Positions 61,442 to 64,000 of a stretch of 64,000 nucleotides of DNA are shown here, one piece after another. The notes below the pieces were generated by a model. That model was not told the DNA's origin, made no database searches, and saw only the letters and a list, made by a program, of their open reading frames with translations. Within the stretch, counting starts at the first letter, position 1, and each line of letters begins with the position of its first letter. A program made the position numbers and the translations under genes. Source of the DNA: an uncultured Veillonellaceae bacterium (GTDB lineage: Bacteria > Bacillota > Negativicutes > JARBTT01); the NCBI GenBank assembly GCA_963805085.1, contig CAWDTA010000004.1, forward strand, positions 288,001 to 352,000. Reading direction: 5' to 3'.

Positions 61442-62737
61442 ATGATTAGTTTTATTGTCGTACTCTCAATCGCCATTTCTATTTTTCTGGGGTATCGAAC
61501 AAAAATCAATACTGGTTTTTTTGCTATTTTCTTTGCCTACCTAATCGGTTGTTTCTTTTTAAACTTAAAATCAACTGAAGTTATACAAATGTGGCCAATT
61601 AGCATTTTCTTTGTTATTTTTGCAGTTTCACTCTTCTATAATTTCGCCCTGGTAAATGGTACTTTGGAAAAATTATCTGCGCACCTTTTATATGCTTGCC
61701 GTAGTTTCCCGCAGTTACTTCCTTTTGCTATTTTCTTTGCCGCTACACTGATTGCTGGATTGGGCGCGGGATTTTTTACTGTAATGGCTTTCATGGCTCC
61801 AATCACCCTTCTCCTTTGCGAAAAAACAGGTCTTAGTAAAACGATCGGCGCAATCTCCGTAAACTATGGTGCCCTTGCTGGAGCCAATTTTATGACTAGC
61901 CAAAGTGGTATTATTTTTAAAACTCTAATTGATGCTGCTGGTTTTGCTGAAAACGATTTTGCTTACACCACGACAATTTTTATTACAACCTTACTCATTC
62001 CCCTATTTGTAATTTCAGGCTTTTTATTCTTTACTAAAAACGGAAAATCATTTAATAAAATGATCACCATAGAGAAACCGACCGCTTTTGATTCTAAGCA
62101 AAAAACAACCTTGTATCTTATTCTTTTCATGATGACTATGGTTCTGGCAGCACCACTCTTACATATGCTACTACCTCACAGTAAAATGGTGACTTTTATC
62201 AATTCAAAAATGGATATCGGACTAATTGCAATTTCACTTTCGGTTGTGGCACTTATGTTAAAACTTGCTGACGAAAAGCAAGTGATTGCAAAAGTTCCTT
62301 GGAATACTTTGATTATGATTTGTGGCGTTGGTATGCTCATTTCCGTCGCAATCAAAGCGGGAACAATTAATATTTTAGCTAGCTGGATTGGTGCAAACAT
62401 ACCAGCTTTCTTAGTGCCAATTGCATTATGCATCGTTGGTGGAATTATGTCATTTTTCAGTAGCACCTTGGGTGTTGTGTGTCCAGCCCTCTTCCCGATT
62501 ATTCCATCTATTGTAGAGACGACAGGTCTCAATCCTATGCTACTCTTTACTTGCGTCGTAATTGGTGCACAAGCAACAGCGATATCACCATTTTCTTCCG
62601 GTGGCAGTCTGGTATTAGGTTCTTGTAATAAAGAGGAAGATCGCGATACTCTATTTTCTCAATTATTACTCCACGCAGTGCCAACCTGCCTTATCGCCGC
62701 TACGATTACCAGTATCCTTCTATTTTTTATCATATAA
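61442..62737 (+). CDS. SLC13/IT-superfamily carboxylate permease
   Basis: INTGFFAI, NGTLEKL, MSFFSST, ISPFSSGG; many TM helices. Confidence 0.82.
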   Translation: MISFIVVLSIAISIFLGYRTKINTGFFAIFFAYLIGCFFLNLKSTEVIQMWPISIFFVIFAVSLFYNFALVNGTLEKLSAHLLYACRSFPQLLPFAIFFAATLIAGLGAGFFTVMAFMAPITLLLCEKTGLSKTIGAISVNYGALAGANFMTSQSGIIFKTLIDAAGFAENDFAYTTTIFITTLLIPLFVISGFLFFTKNGKSFNKMITIEKPTAFDSKQKTTLYLILFMMTMVLAAPLLHMLLPHSKMVTFINSKMDIGLIAISLSVVALMLKLADEKQVIAKVPWNTLIMICGVGMLISVAIKAGTINILASWIGANIPAFLVPIALCIVGGIMSFFSSTLGVVCPALFPIIPSIVETTGLNPMLLFTCVVIGAQATAISPFSSGGSLVLGSCNKEEDRDTLFSQLLLHAVPTCLIAATITSILLFFII

Positions 62738-62749
62738 CTTCAAAAAGAA

Positions 62750-62845
62750 TTCTATATTGATTAGCAAAACTGTTGAAAAGCAGTGACGCAAAGCTATGGA
62801 TCTACCGTCATCGATTGACCACGATTGCCAGGCCGCCATGTAAAC
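62750..62845 (+). ncRNA. GEMM-I (cyclic di-GMP-I class) riboswitch, A20 variant
   Basis: AGCAAAACTGTT-GAAA-AGCAGTGACGCAAAGCTATGGATCTA...GATTGCCAGGCCGCC shows the GAAA tetraloop P2, the GACGCAAAG junction and P3. Confidence 0.8.
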
Positions 62846-62850
62846 ACATG

Positions 62851-62880
62851 AAAACGGTCAGAATATTTCTGGCCGTTTTT
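62851..62880 (+). terminator. Intrinsic terminator (riboswitch expression platform)
   Basis: AAAACGGTCAGAA-TAT-TTCTGGCCGTTTTT immediately after the aptamer. Confidence 0.75.
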
Positions 62881-63007
62881 AACTTTTACTTAACAATTAT
62901 TTAACATTTACTACAAGTCAATTCATTGTTAAGCTAAGTTAATAATGTTAGAATGATACTTAAATAGTATCATTTATATATTTTTTTATTATAAAAGGAG
63001 AAAAAAA

Positions 63008-64000
63008 TTGAAATTTATAGAAAATATGAAAGTAAGTTTTAAATTAGGCACATTACTCTTTATTAGCATTTTCTTTATGGGAATTATCGGCTACACGGGG
63101 TATCACTATCTTGCGCAATCAGATAAAAATATGAATTCGATGTATAAAGAAAGATTGATTCCCGTCAAAATCGTAAATGAATGCGCTACAAACGTTAGAG
63201 GTTCATTAGGCTCGATCATGGAGTTAATGGTTACAAATGACGAGAAAAAAAGCGAGCAGCTAAAGAGTGATGTTGAGAAACGGTCAACACTCATTAAGCA
63301 AGCACTTACTGAAATCGGAGAAGTCACTTCGGATCCTCAGGGAAAAGAATTGATTGCTAACGTACAGGTAGCTTTTGAAAAGCAGTCACAAGCACGCGAT
63401 AAAGTAATCCAATTAGCATTGCAAAAGAAAGATGCTGAAGCGTATGCACTCTATATTAATGACGTCGAACCGTTAACAAAAACTCTTACTGGTAATTTAC
63501 GTATTTTAATGGATTATTACACCGACTTATCAGAAAAAATGAATACCAACAACCACCAACAATTTGAACTTGCGATGAAAATCACGCTTGGTACTTTATT
63601 TATTTCTTTCCTTATTCTAGCTTGCATTGGTTGGTTCATTGCCAAAGGAATAACCTCTCCATTACGCACTATGGTATTATTTTGCGAAAAATTATCCGCT
63701 GGCGATTTTCGCAATCATCCAACCGGATTAGTTCGTAAGGATGAATTTGGCCAACTAGCTGAGGCTTTGGTAAACACCCGCACTAGTATTCGCACATTAA
63801 TGACAAGTGTAAATGAATCTGCCGAACAAGTCGCAGCCTCTTCCGAAGAACTTACTGCCAGTGCAGAACAGTCCGCTTTAGCTTCAAACCAAGTTGCTGA
63901 ATCCATTACTGATGTAGCTCATGGCACGGAAAAACAATTGGCTGCAGCACATTCTACAGCCAATGTTGTGGAACAAATATCAACTACGATCCAACGGATT
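63008..64000 (+). CDS. Methyl-accepting chemotaxis protein with four-helix-bundle sensor (5' part, runs off the window)
   Basis: RBS AGGAG, TTG 63008: MKFIENMKVSFKLGTL...TM...MNSMYKERLIP...HAMP (RKDEFGQLA)...AEQVAASSEELTASAEQSA. Absent from the ORF track because it has no stop in the window. Confidence 0.9.
   Translation, partial: MKFIENMKVSFKLGTLLFISIFFMGIIGYTGYHYLAQSDKNMNSMYKERLIPVKIVNECATNVRGSLGSIMELMVTNDEKKSEQLKSDVEKRSTLIKQALTEIGEVTSDPQGKELIANVQVAFEKQSQARDKVIQLALQKKDAEAYALYINDVEPLTKTLTGNLRILMDYYTDLSEKMNTNNHQQFELAMKITLGTLFISFLILACIGWFIAKGITSPLRTMVLFCEKLSAGDFRNHPTGLVRKDEFGQLAEALVNTRTSIRTLMTSVNESAEQVAASSEELTASAEQSALASNQVAESITDVAHGTEKQLAAAHSTANVVEQISTTIQRI

Noticed and set aside
62890-62950. 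Rex operator upstream of the last MCP
   Set aside because: TTGTTAA...TTAATAA has a 6-nt rather than 4-nt spacer and lies in very AT-rich DNA.

Overview
AT-rich chromosomal segment of a diderm Firmicute, most likely Negativicutes (Sporomusaceae/Selenomonadaceae-like). The call rests on an SLH-domain outer-membrane beta-barrel (OmpM-type) occurring together with Gram-positive LexA and SigH motifs. Most of the window is accessory metabolism, transport and regulation: an ABC-2/HlyD efflux operon, two MocR modules, a pectin locus (SLH-porin, GH28, CE8, CE12), a LexA-boxed radical-SAM DNA-repair pair, a four-subunit 2-oxoacid:ferredoxin oxidoreductase, CcdA/TlpA, a YbhJ-like hydratase operon and two chemoreceptors. 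Main structural observation: an ~11.6-kb composite transposon (32839-44395) is bounded by two different IS4-family elements that share the same terminal repeat. It is flanked by a 10-bp target duplication and sits inside a 66-bp MITE, which itself split a terminator. Its cargo includes a ~6.5-kb CocE/FabK-like/HxlR cassette bracketed by 170-bp direct repeats. Other points of interest are an A20-variant GEMM-I riboswitch ahead of a chemoreceptor, a c-di-AMP riboswitch ahead of a divergent dapB, and an orphan phage tail-fibre plus chaperone pair. No rRNA, tRNA or CRISPR array was seen. All family assignments come from motif recognition by eye, not from database searches.
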